DNA from: Massalongia carnosa
Taxonomy: Eukaryota
Reading direction: 5' to 3'
Assembly (NCBI GenBank): GCA_965645245.1
Contig: OZ287078.1
Span: forward strand, 1,550,001 to 1,614,000
Length of the DNA stretch: 64,000 nt
Part shown: in pieces, positions 14,429 to 25,825 of the stretch
How positions within the stretch are numbered: the stretch's first letter is position 1
How the letters are laid out: the number at the start of each line of letters is the position of its first letter
Notes under the pieces: model-generated
The model's database searches: none
The model's input: only the letters and a program-made list of their open reading frames with translations
Told to the model about the DNA's origin: nothing
Program-made: the position numbers and the translations under genes

Positions 14429-17274
14429 CGCAGGGAATCTTAACGTTCTCCACTTCCTATGCAGCCCCCATTCATCGTTAGGCTGCCGATCTCTGATACA
14501 CTCACCATCCATCTGAACCTCAACCTGCCTACATTTTCAAAACCCGTCCAGCTATCTGAACATCTAACCACACAGCTAGATACCGAAGATGGCGAAGTAC
14601 TGGCTCTGCAGCAGGTATATAAGGATCAATGGCAACTCATCTATAAAACCTAAAAATAGGCCATTGCGGATAATAAGCACAAAGCTGCTTCATGCCTCTC
14701 ACCAATCCTATCCTGGTAGATGTCTACCCCTAAATAATGAGAGATCTTTCCACTCTATATCGACCAGCTATCCTATCGCCTCCGCTGAGCAATTCCGGCC
14801 CCTCTTCATTCCAAGCTGTGTTCATGATTGCTTACCGAGCAATGCCCGACTAAGCTACTACTCATTGACAAAGCAGGAAATATCCTCGGGAAGTCCTCAA
14901 GATTATCTTACTTAAAGTCATTTACCGATTCGCGCCGGGGCGGGTTTGAGAATTAAATCACGTGGCTGGAGGATTTGTGCCACGGATACAAACCCAATCT
15001 CAAAAACATGTAACTTCCTTCCGCTTAAAAATTGGCAGCTGTGAAAATCGGCGATATTTTATCGTTTTGGCAATATTTTGTCGAGATCAAGGAACTAGAA
15101 ATAAGTCTAATGACAGCTCTCTCCTTCTATCAGGAGATATCTCGGACTATTCGCCTGTCCGAAAATCCGAAAGTTGTAAACATCCCCCCATCATCCTCTC
15201 ATCCCCATCCATCTATCCTTCCCACCTAAAGTATAACATCAATACCCCCCTCCCCAAAAAATCTTCTTTCCCCACTTTCTTCCACGAGTAGATCAAAACA
15301 AAAGCGACGCTGATGAATATTTTATCTACCTACATGAATAATTACATTTTTAAAAAAAATGAAAACTAGCTAGCTGGCCAGAGTATACTGTGCAGAGAAA
15401 TGGGAAACCCCGAATGGAAAGCGGTAACGGGCAGTCCGTTCCTTCGTTTAGCTCACCTATCTAAATATTCCCTTTTACCGTGGGCCTAGGGGGTTGGTAG
15501 AAGGATTTTTCAAGAGATGTGCCAAAACAAACGAAACCAATCTCTTATCTCAATTCTGTATATGTGTTTTTCCCGAACTCGCCTTCAGGAGCACGGAGAT
15601 GGTATGTATTTATGAACATTAACAATGACTCGGTTCCTTTCTAATAATTTTGGTGTTCAACAAAGGCATGCAATTCCGGAACACCCCCTATCCGCTACCT
15701 TGACATCCTCTTTCTTTAACATCAACAACCCCCCCCCCCTCAAGTTAACCTGATCGAGTATATTTTCGAGGTTCACCCGCCCGTAATCTATGACATGAAA
15801 ACAAAGGCTTCCCTGATGTATGATAAGCAGCGATATAAACGAGCAGCTTTTTTCTTTGAAGCAACATTTTAAAGATCCGAAACAACCCGACTCCCTTCAA
15901 CTTCAACCGACTGAGTAACAGCATCGGAAACTTCTTCTTCATCTTGCGATTGAAACATCACGAAATTTTGAAGTTCGGGTGGGCGAATGAACCTTGAAAT
16001 CATATCCGATCAGGTTAGTTTGAGGGAGGAAAATGTCACGATAGCGAATAGGGGTGTCAGACGCCTTAACAAAACTTGAAAATAACCCTACACATACTTT
16101 GCGAGGTAATTAGTAAGAGTAGATTGGTCGGTTTTTTTCCATTTTTTTCCATTTTTATTTTAAAAAAAGAGATCTATAACAGGAAGGGAATTGGGAGAGG
16201 AGGGGAATTGAAATGATAGGTAAATGGAAAAGATATATAAAAAAAAATTGAGCGGATGAGCATATACATACACATATAGGTACATCATATACATCATATC
16301 CTTTAGATATCTCAACCCCCCCTCCCCCCAAAAAATATTTCCTACTCTCCTCTCATCTAAGTCATTTACGAGAGCGAGCTACATACCCTAATCATTTCCC
16401 TTCGCTCGTCGTTAGTTTGGATGTGTTTGGGGGTACGCTCTCTATAACTAGGGTTAGGGGAAGGGAGGCGTTAGGCGTTTATATGTATGCTGGGGTTAAG
16501 GTTTTGGGAGGAAATGGGGGGTTTCATAACTAGTACCGAGATGATCAGGGGGGAAGGGTTGGGAAACAAATCTACTAAAAATTGCCTTGCTTTGGAAAAG
16601 CTGTGGTTTTTGGTTCAATTTTCTAAACAAAGAATTTGAAGACGGGTTTTGCCAGTAGAAATCGCTAGGTTTTTTTTTTAAAATTTTTTTTTGGATCAGT
16701 CCCTTTAAAACAACCTCTCGAGCCCGCAAGAATAATAGCACTCGCACGCGACTAACCAAAATCGAATTGCAGCTCGAATTCCGTCAGTAGTTTAGTTCTT
16801 AAGTTTATTTGAACCCATTGGAATTTAAATCAAATAGTGGAAGGAAATTAACAACAAAGATTCCCCATGCTGTTTTTGTATTGCGTTTTTAAAACCTATG
16901 TTTCGAGGAAATATTCGGGATGAAGAGCAGAGTTTTGGCTTATGTGGAGTGTTTTTTGGGGGGATAGGGGGGGGGTTATATGTGCGTGTATGCGTGCGTG
17001 TGTATGCATGTGCATATTTAAAACTAAGCCCGGGATCTTGAAGAGAAAGGAGGAGGGTTTTACGCTTTTTTAGTTAGCATGATAAATAGACAGATAGACC
17101 TCTAAGTATTGGCTACTTCTTGTTACATTCTGCGATATCTGTGTATGATAGATGTGGCTAGTTGAGATTTTTATGGAATGCTCTTCTGCATATCTGCCTA
17201 GGTGGATGGATACTAAAGTAAAGATTTTCGGACTAGGGTTCCGATTCCCGGTCAGTGTGAGATAGGCTTCGTTT

Positions 17275-17306
17275 TTCTTCTTCTTCTTCTTCTTCTTCTT
17301 CTTCTT
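17275..17306. repeat. (TTC)n microsatellite, ~10 units
   Basis: Direct read: ttcttcttc... run. Confidence 0.9.
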
Positions 17307-17679
17307 TGTTCGTGAATCGCCAATTGAGGAAATCATTGAGGGATTAAAGGTCGTTTTGTTTAGACATTCCTTGGCAGTTACATAACTAGACCCGATATCA
17401 AGAATGAATAAATGAATGTATTAGTGAAGATGAGCCGCGCTTCATCTTGAATAAAGTAGAATAGAACTTTGGAAAAACACCCTTTCAGATGATTCAAATC
17501 AAGCTCGCCCTGAATTTCCTCAATCGAAAATATTTTCAATAAGAGATTCAAAAGCGTAATTAAATGTCAAGGTTGAAGATGCGAGCTGGAAAAAACCAAG
17601 TTTAGGGGATAAAAAGCCGAAGTATACTCTATACGATGTAATTTACTGATTTAGCGGCAGAATGGGGCGGGTGAACAGA

Positions 17680-18284
17680 TTAGACGCGTGGGAACAATGA
17701 CGTAATTGGAATAAGGTGGAAATAGGGGAAAATAGAAGGAATAGAGACTCCTACGGGGGAAGAACACGTGGAGAAAGTGTAGGGATGTTGAATATCCAAC
17801 TCCTATCAGTACAACATCTAGGAAACCGTAGAAGCCGCATTACATAGGCCTAAGTTAGTCCCAAGCTAAGATAAAGATCACCTCACTTAACAGAAGGTGA
17901 CCAGTAATAGGATAAAGACTGCTGAACAGCACTCTTCATCCTTAACATCACGGTTATACATACACTTATTATTACATAGTCATATAGCCATAGTCATATA
18001 CCTATTTCAACAAGGGAATAGAGACGCAAGGAAGGGAGGAAGATGAATGAACGAGAGGAACTACTCCTTACGAGAAAGAAGACTAGGCAAGTCCGAGAAA
18101 CCCCCCCCTTTCCTATAAAGGAAGAAGGATGAACGGAACGAAAAGAAAGAGATAGGGGGCGGTGGATGAATGAATAGATGATTTAGTGAGTACATAAAGA
18201 TGAAATGAAGCTTTATAAAAAACCCGGAATCAATAAGCCACACAGACGGCATTCCAAGATCAAACTTCCTGCGCGCATACAACA
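17680..18284. mobile_element. Probable gypsy-type LTR (left end undefined), interrupted by a solo LTR
   Basis: Purine-rich tract with internal repeat GGAATAGAGAC (about 17738 and 18015) and a TATAAAG; ends ...CATACAACA at 18284, followed by CTTGAG. No second copy in the window. Confidence 0.4.
17786..18012. mobile_element. Solo LTR (227 bp) with 5-bp TSD AGGGA
   Basis: TGTTGAA...TTCAACA inverted termini; AGGGA at 17781-17785 and 18013-18017. Confidence 0.9.
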
Positions 18285-18433
18285 CTTGAGTTGCTCCAAA
18301 GGGGATCTGGAGATCTAGGTATCTATTTCATATTCCATGTACAGAAATGGCAGCCTTTTAATCCGCTTCCGTTTCGCTGGTTCTTCGATTTCCCGAAGAT
18401 TCTTGATTAGAACGGACGGATGCGATCCCAATT

Positions 18434-18954
18434 ATGTCTGATGTACCACCCCCCGCCGCCAGTCGCCGTCGGCCACCCCGAGCGTACGATGTCCATTTGC
18501 CCGACTTTCCTCCCCCTGCTGCAGCGGTGCGGGTGCCTCCCAAATGGGTCGGCCCCACCTCGGAGGCTTCTCTCTGCCATCGGTGTTCCCAACACAATCC
18601 TGAACTTAATTTCAACTGCACCACCGATAACCAGCCTCGGGGAAGTGCGCTGATTGCATTCGTCGAAAGGAGGTTTGTCGCCCGATCCCAGTTCCTTTTC
18701 GGCGGACGGTCCTTCGGTTTCTGTAAGAGGCAACCGCCATCAACAACCTGCCGACCCCAAATCGGGCCCGGTTCGCTGCTCTCGCTGCCAAGCATGAGCG
18801 ATATGTCGCCCATGTGGCCATTTGGGAGCGCGCCCGTGCCAAGGCCTTGAAAACCGACAGCGTGGAGGGACTAGATGCCCTTGCGCAGATCCGACGCCCT
18901 ACTTCGGTGGGAAAAGGGGCTTCCCGTGACCGTCGTGACCGTCCCGGAGGGTGA
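18434..18954 (+). pseudogene. Decayed antisense accessory ORF of the gypsy element with a Zn2Cys6-like motif
   Basis: CHRC-x10-C-x9-CADC-x6-C is reconstructed across a 1-nt frameshift at about 18640; internal TAA at 18724. It lies downstream of the pol/chromodomain on the opposite strand. Confidence 0.55.
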
Positions 18955-19082
18955 GGATCAGGTGTCGGATCATGAGGGGTAGCTAGCTTTCTTTTTAGCA
19001 ATAATCAAAGCTGTTTACTTAACTGTGTCTTAGGTCGATAAGATAAGATTATATTTTTCGCATGCCCGGTATGGGAAAAGAT

Positions 19083-19377
19083 CTATTTGCTTATCTTTCT
19101 TCTCTTTTCCCCGCTTTTCGACGGGTTCGATGGGTATGTTCGATGATAAATCCTAATTAGGTCTTGTGACCCTTCCATGTCTTCCAATGACAGCCATTGA
19201 TTGTCCGAATCCGGATATCCTTTCCATTTGACCAGATATTGCAGTTTCCCGTATCGGATTCGACTGCTCAGTACCTCCTCCACCTCGTATTGCTCCTCGC
19301 CGTCGACCTCGATGGCCGGGGGGAGCTCAGGACCTCTTGCTGAGTCTTCATTGTATGGTTCTAGAAGGTTGACGTGA
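19083..19377 (-). mobile_element. Ty3/gypsy integrase C-terminus plus chromodomain fragment (chromovirus)
   Basis: HVNLLEPY...PPAIEVDGEEQYEVEEVLSSRIRYGKLQYLVKWKGYPDSDNQW. Confidence 0.9.
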
Positions 19378-22300
19378 TTGGCGCCACTATGCGCGAGAAT
19401 CCTTTGATGAAGCGTCTATAGAAGTTGGCGAATCCAAGAAAGACTTGAACTTCTCGATGAGATTTCGGCTCCGGCCATTGCGTCACCGTAAAAATTCGTC
19501 CTGGGTCCATGGCGATGCCTTTTCGGGAGAGTATGTAGCCCAGGAAGTCCAGCTCGTACGTGTGGAAGATGCATTTCGATAACTTTGCGTGTAGTTTCCA
19601 TTTTCGCAATTGATCCAGAACCCATCGAACGTGGCCCGAATGCTCCTCTTCCGTCTTGGAGAAGATGAGGATGTCGTCAAGATATACTACTACGAACTGG
19701 TCGAGATTCTCTTTCAACACCTCGTGAATGAACGCTTGAAAGGAGGCGGGGGCATTGACCAGTCCGAAGGGCATGACTCTATACTCAAAATGGCCATATC
19801 TACATCTGAAGGCCGTCTTCCATTCGTCCCCGGCGGCGATTCGGAGGGTGTTGTATGCGTCCCTCAAATCCAACTTGGTGTAGATAGCCGACCCGCTGAC
19901 GATGTCGAACAGCCCCTGGATCAGGGGTAGAAGGTACTTATTCTTAATCGTAGCAGCATTTAGGGCCCGATAATCGACACAGAGACGTAGACTACCATCT
20001 TTCTTCTTGGTGAATAGGATGGGCGCGCCTAGTCGTGAGGTGCTATGGGTAATATACCCTTTTGCCAGGTTGTCGTCGATGTAGTCTTTTAGGGTTTCTA
20101 GTTCGGTGAGGGAGAGGTTATACATGGCCCGGGTCGGGGGTGGTTCGCCTTCCAGATTGATTTTATGGTCGTGGGGCCCTCGTTCTGGTAGCACTGAAGC
20201 TTTTTCATTGGAGCAGACGTCACTGTAGGATTGATACAGAGGCAGAAGTTTATTGCTAGACGTAGAGATGGCACCAACTATTGACTCCGACTCCGGGCTC
20301 CCACCGAGCACTTCCAGAATGTCTATTAGGAATGCGTCGACGCCCTCGCATTCGCAGATGTCAAAGATCTCCTGCTCACTCACCATTGCCACTACTGGGA
20401 GATTGCTACTTCGATGAGGGGTTTCCTCATCGCCTACAGTGACCCCGGGACGTTCCCCTGGCAGGTCATCTCGTACTTCACCCTCGATGAGGTGGCTTTC
20501 ATGGATTATCCTCCTTTCGCGCCAGCCGATGGATGGATTGGCATGACCCAACCAGGGCAAGCCCAGGATCATGTCCACCCCATACATGTCTGACGCGACG
20601 AATGCCTGCTCGGCCACTCGCTCAAGACCATTGTCATCAACAACCCCGACGCGCAGGGCATGATCAAAATAAGTCTGGAAGGGGGTTCCATCGAGAGTTT
20701 TCAACCCAGATGGTGGAGGGGAGCCGGGAGGATCTCGAACACCTACCTCATTTAGCCAGGTTTGAGCGATAAGGTTCCAAGTTGCTCCGCAGTCGATCAT
20801 TGCTCGGACACGATGCTGACTGTTGTCGTAATATAGGAAAACCGTTGAGAAGAGGTGGCGGCATGGGGATTTCCTCATTTGCCGGGCCAATACGACGGAG
20901 GCAACGTCTATTGGCCCCGACCTTTTCCCGGCCGGCGGGACGATCCCCGCGGCGACGGCCGGGACCGACATTCGAATTGAAGGTGCCCCATTCCCGCAGT
21001 TCCAGCAATCCTTATCCGACCGATTTCCTTTTGGTCTCGTAGGGGGCGGGGCTTCTTGATCTGATGATGCTTTTTGCAGCAGAGTTTCGAGACGACGTCT
21101 CTTTTCGAGCGTTTCTATCGCCCTGTCTTTCGCTGCTGGCGTTTCCTTTTCGGTTTCCGTTATTTCCTCCTCCCACCTCGGTGCCTCTCCGAAAAGGGCC
21201 TCGAATGGGGACATTTTCAGTACGCTATGCCGACTGTTGTTGTAGGCGTATTCTGCCATCGGTAGCCAGTACACCTAGTCGTCTTGTTGATAATTGACGT
21301 AGCAACGAAGGTACTGTTCCAACGTCTGGTTTTGACGTTCCGTTTGCCCGTCGGTCTGGGGGTGAAAGGCCGTACTGTAATTGAGCCGTACCCTCAGATG
21401 ATAGCAGAAGTTGGACCAGAAATTCGAGGTGAACAGGCTTCCCCTGTCGGTCACCAGCGAGACCGGCATTCCAAAGCGGGTGAAGACTTCTTCTACCAGG
21501 GCGTCGGCAAGGTTCTCCGCCGTCCAGTCTTTCCTGGCCGCGATGTATCGGGCGTACTTTGTATACCTGTCAACAATTACTAGTATTGCATCAAAAATAA
21601 GGGTGCGGCGGATGCTCGGGGGCAAATCCGTAATGAAATCTAGTGTCCAATTCTGTCTTGGACCCAGAGGTACTGGCAAGGATTCTAATTCGCCGAATGG
21701 TCTATGCCTGACTGCCTTGACTTGATGACAGCGAGTACAGGTATCAACGTAGTGCTTGACATCAGGGACCATTCGGGGCCAGTAGTATTTTCGTTGGAGA
21801 AGTTCTGTCGTTCTGAGGGTACCGAAATGCCCTGCGTTTGGATCATCATGATTCCTTTTTAGCAGTTCGTTTCTCAGCAATCCAGGCGGTATATACCACC
21901 TGTTATTTCGACAGAGGATGTCATCTTTGAGATGCCAGAGCCCGTCTTCTTTCTCATCGGCAGGAAGGTCGTCCCCTGCGACCCCCTCCGTTCCCTCGGT
22001 GGGCTGCCTCTGACCGTCCCTTTCCTGATCCAGCTCTCCCTACAACGACGATGCGGCGAGGGGCCGTCTTCGCTTCGCAAGGTGATCAGTCTCTTGAAGA
22101 ATACGAAGGACGGTGCTGAGTTCCAGGGGGGGCGATGCAAAGGCAGCTTCCGACTCAGTCACGTCTAGGACGCGCTGGCTTAATGTGTCCGAGTCCCTCT
22201 CGGCCTCGACGAGTCGGAATCCCACAGGCTTGGAGTCAGCCGCGGTCTCGTCTGACTTCGGAGGGGCAGGCTTTTTGCCCTTTTTCTTCCCCCCCTTGGT

Positions 22301-23083
22301 CCTTCTCATTGCCGCCTGGATATCAGGATCCGACGCCCGTGCAGCATTCGGGGTGGTATCCATCCCTACGACAGCAATTGAGGATTCCGTGCGCGTCTCC
22401 GGTGGAGTATTGTTGAAGACGAAGGATTCCTTCGGCCCTTGACCGACTTCATCTGAAGAAACTAATGCGTAGGCTCTCGTTTGATATACCGCGCTTTCCC
22501 CCCCGACGACCCCCTGACCCAGCAGTGTGGCCTCGTCTTGACGATGCAAGCCTGGCCCTGCGTAGTCCGGGCGTCGCGAGGGTCCATCTGCCGGATTATT
22601 CCGACCAGGTCTGTACTCGAGCTGTAGGTCTAGACTGGATAGTCTTTCCCACCAACGCGCTTCGCGTCTAGATAGTGTTTTGGTTGTGAAAAAGGTGCGA
22701 AGGCTTCCATGATCGGTGAGCACTTTGACGGGGAAGTTTGCCCCTTCAAGATAGTGTCTCCAATTTTTGCACGCTTCCACGATTGCTAACATTTCCTTCT
22801 CCCCGACCCCATAATTGATTTCTGCAGGGGTCATTTTCCGGGACCAGAAGGCGATCGGGTGCCATTGGCCCGCTTCTTCGACTAGTTGACTGAGGATTCC
22901 TGATAGGGCGAAATCTGACGCATCCGTCTCGAGCTTAATACGCCTTGCAGGATCGAAATGCAGCAACATTGGGGCGCTAGTGAACGCGATTTTTAACGCC
23001 TCAAAAGCCCCCTTTGCCTTGTCCGTCCACACGAACTTCCCCCGGAAACGGCCTTTGTCCCCACCTTTCAGCAAGGAAGTGAT
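19374..23083 (-). mobile_element. Rearranged Ty3/gypsy gag-pol fragment in the order RNaseH - integrase (H2C2, rve) - gag CCHC knuckle - aspartic protease - RT
   Basis: RNaseH (ETDASDFA, EKEMLAIV, TDH, NNPADGPSRRPDY) 23083-22040; integrase (HDDPNAGHFG..CTRC, LDFITDLP, TDRGSLF, FHPQTDGQTER) 21880-~21055; knuckle CWNCG-/-MGHLQFEC at ~21010-20965; protease IDCGAT; RT (LRLCVDYR, PFGL, YLDD) down to 19374. In-frame TAG stops at 22040 and 21275. Confidence 0.92.
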
Positions 23084-23271
23084 GCAGATACCAACACGTC
23101 TGCAGCAACTGAGGGAGACAGCACCCAGCACTTAGTTGCAGGGGCAACACACCCAACAATAGCAACCCAAGTAGCCAATCTCGTAACAATCCGAATTGGA
23201 CACCGGTCAATAGGAAGGATTGACTAGCCGGCCCATATGACCATATCGCGGAAGGTTTTCCGTACAGACTG

Positions 23272-24831
23272 ATGGACAAACTCGAGGCTCTTCAGCAAGG
23301 ACCACTCATCCTCGCCGGCTGGAAGAAGCAACTAGAAACTCACCCCGATAACGTGTACAAGCAGGTTATTTTTGATATTATTCGGTATGGGGCCAAGATT
23401 GGGTATACCGGCCCAGAACAATTCATCCTCAGCCCCAATCTGCTATCAGCAAAAGAAGCTCCTGATATACTCACTAAAGATGTCGAGGAGCAGAGGGATA
23501 AGGGACGATTGACGCGAGTAGATATTCTTCCCTCCAAGTTCATATCATCCCCATTAGGTCTCGTACCCAAATCAAATGGTACATGGCGCCGTATCCATCA
23601 TTTATCTCATCCTGAAGGATCGTCGGTAAATGACTTCATCCCTCAGGAATGGGGAGCCTTGGAATACCCCACATTCGATGACGCTGTCGCCAAAATAAGA
23701 AAACAAGGAAAAGGGTGCATATTAGTAAAAAGGGATTTCTCCGATGCCTTTCGCCATATACCCGTGGCTAAAAGCGACTGGTGGTTGCTGGGATTTCAAT
23801 GGGATAATGTTTACTGGATGGAGCGCTTTCTACCTTTCGGCTTGCGCACGTCTCCTTTTCTATTCGATTTGTTTGCAAAGGGGATAAATTGGATGTGTTT
23901 ACAAAATCAACATGATGTGCTTCATTATCTAGATGATTTCTTGGCAGTTTGCCGCACTAATCCCGAAGCAGAAGCTTTCACTCGGTACTTCTTCGATCTT
24001 TGCAAAGACCTTGGAATCGCAGTCAACGAAAAGAAAAATAAAACTGGTCATATGATCGATTTCTTAGGCATTGAATTGGATACTATGCTCATGGAAGCAC
24101 GGCTACCACCAGACAAACTGCAGAAAGCCAAAGACCTCGTCAAACAGGCCTTGCAAAAAGCATCGATTAGAAGGGAGGAATTAGACTCCTTGATGGGATT
24201 TTTGTCATTCGCAGCTAAAGTGGTAGTGCCAGGGAGAGCTTTCCTCCGACGTCTTTTTAACGCAAAAGCCATGTCTCGTGGGCGTCATATTCATATTAAC
24301 GAGAATATCAAAGCCGACCTGCAGTGGTGGCATCTTTTTTTACCTAAATGGAATGGCATTCGCATGTTAGACCGTCCTCGCGAGACATTTCGTCTTTGGA
24401 CGGACGCATCAGGGTACGGCATTGGGGCCTACATCCTAGTGGAGGATCATACCAGTTTTACCATGCCCGCTGAGCATGCACTTTCTGAACGTTTCACGTC
24501 TCGGCTTAGGCCAACTCACATCATTGTCAAAGAAATGACAGCGATATTACACGCTTTGCGTAAATGGCTCCCCCTTTGTGCAGGGAGCCATGTGATTTTC
24601 CACTGTGACAACTTTGCTGTCACGTCAGGAATAAGGAAATCATCTATTCGTGGAAACGCTATGCGGCCTCTTCGGGCAATCGCAATGCTGACCGCTATTC
24701 ATGATATTCGGATTGAAATACGTTGGATCCCAACAAAGTCAAATGAGCTCGCTGACCTCCTATCGCGGGGCAAATTGGAGAAAATCGCTAACAAATGGCC
24801 CAATTTACAGGAACTTCTACTCAAATCCTAG
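23272..24831 (+). CDS. DIRS/Ngaro-type reverse transcriptase-RNase H, intact ORF
   Basis: SPLGLVPK..WRRIHHLS, DFSDAFRHIP, LPFGLRTSP, YLDDF, FLGIELD, WTDASG, KEMTAI, CDN, WIPTKSNELADLLSR. Confidence 0.92.
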   Translation: MDKLEALQQGPLILAGWKKQLETHPDNVYKQVIFDIIRYGAKIGYTGPEQFILSPNLLSAKEAPDILTKDVEEQRDKGRLTRVDILPSKFISSPLGLVPKSNGTWRRIHHLSHPEGSSVNDFIPQEWGALEYPTFDDAVAKIRKQGKGCILVKRDFSDAFRHIPVAKSDWWLLGFQWDNVYWMERFLPFGLRTSPFLFDLFAKGINWMCLQNQHDVLHYLDDFLAVCRTNPEAEAFTRYFFDLCKDLGIAVNEKKNKTGHMIDFLGIELDTMLMEARLPPDKLQKAKDLVKQALQKASIRREELDSLMGFLSFAAKVVVPGRAFLRRLFNAKAMSRGRHIHINENIKADLQWWHLFLPKWNGIRMLDRPRETFRLWTDASGYGIGAYILVEDHTSFTMPAEHALSERFTSRLRPTHIIVKEMTAILHALRKWLPLCAGSHVIFHCDNFAVTSGIRKSSIRGNAMRPLRAIAMLTAIHDIRIEIRWIPTKSNELADLLSRGKLEKIANKWPNLQELLLKS

Positions 24832-25825
24832 CATGCGACCCTCCCGAAAGCTGGTACAGCGAAATACCTCTATCCCGACCAGCAGCTAGATACCTGTGGT
24901 GGGGCTTGGCAGTCAAAACCCGCAGTCTGTATGACACAGGGAGAAGAAGCTATGTAACATACTGCAGAATATCAATGAACGCGACTCCATTTCCGGCAAC
25001 CATACAGACCTTGTCATCTTGGATAGCGATGCTAGGAGAACACAAAATACAGCCCAAACCATCAAGGCCTATCTAGCCGGAGTTCGGTCCAGCCAAATCG
25101 ACACGGGCTTTGAGGATCTAGAAACGTTTCACCATCCCATACTAAATAGAATCATTGCCGGCATAAAGCGAAAGAATGGCGAAGCCGACAAGAAAGAGCG
25201 AATGCCCATTACGAAAAACATACTCCTTCGTTTAGTGAAACGATTGGACTTAGCCGACAACACGCAGGCCACTCTACACGCAGCATACTGTCTAGCATTC
25301 GCAGGATTTCTTCGCGCAGGCGAATTTACGTACACTATCAGAGACCTAACAGACCCAAGCTTCGAATCATGGCATTTAACTAGGAAATCCGTCCACTTAG
25401 AAGCAGATAAGCTGTTCCTCTCCTTGCCGGCGTCCAAAACCGACCCCTTTCGTCGAGGCATTACGCTAACGATAGCCGCATCAGGGGACGAGGCCTGCGC
25501 GGTAAAATCCCTTCGTAATTTGATCACCCGGTTTCCACTACCTGCAACCTCCCCTTTATTCTATAAACAAAAGGCTTTCACTCGCGAATATTTGACCACC
25601 GCGATGCGATCAGGGCTTAAGAGCTTAGGCATAACAGGTAATTATTCAGGTCACTCTTTCCGAAGAGGTGCAGCGACGTCGGCCAAGGAAGCCGGTCTTA
25701 GCGAGAACGACATTCAATTACTAGGCCGGTGGAAGTCAGACTCCTACAAGCTTTATATCCAAACGCATCAATCCCACATCTTAGCCACCTCACACCGGTT
25801 TCAACACCCTCCCTCAGCCTCCTAA
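24795..25825 (+). pseudogene. Tyrosine recombinase of the YR element, with one frameshift
   Basis: ORFs 24795..25076 and 25019..25825 join at CAGCCCAAACC (about 25057; QPK|TIKAYL). Catalytic R (FLRAGEF), K (SKTD), HxxR (GHSFRRG), W (GRWKS) and Y (YKLYI) are present. Confidence 0.88.

Noticed and set aside
19361..21274. 637-aa ORF as a normal gag-pol or domesticated gene
   Set aside because: It starts mid-integrase after a TGG-to-TAG stop and is a rearrangement product; there is no evidence of expression.
23272..25825. Bacterial retron, prophage integrase or Starship captain
   Set aside because: RT, RNaseH and YR motifs and the gag zinc finger match DIRS-order retrotransposons; the YR is short and lacks a recognisable captain context.
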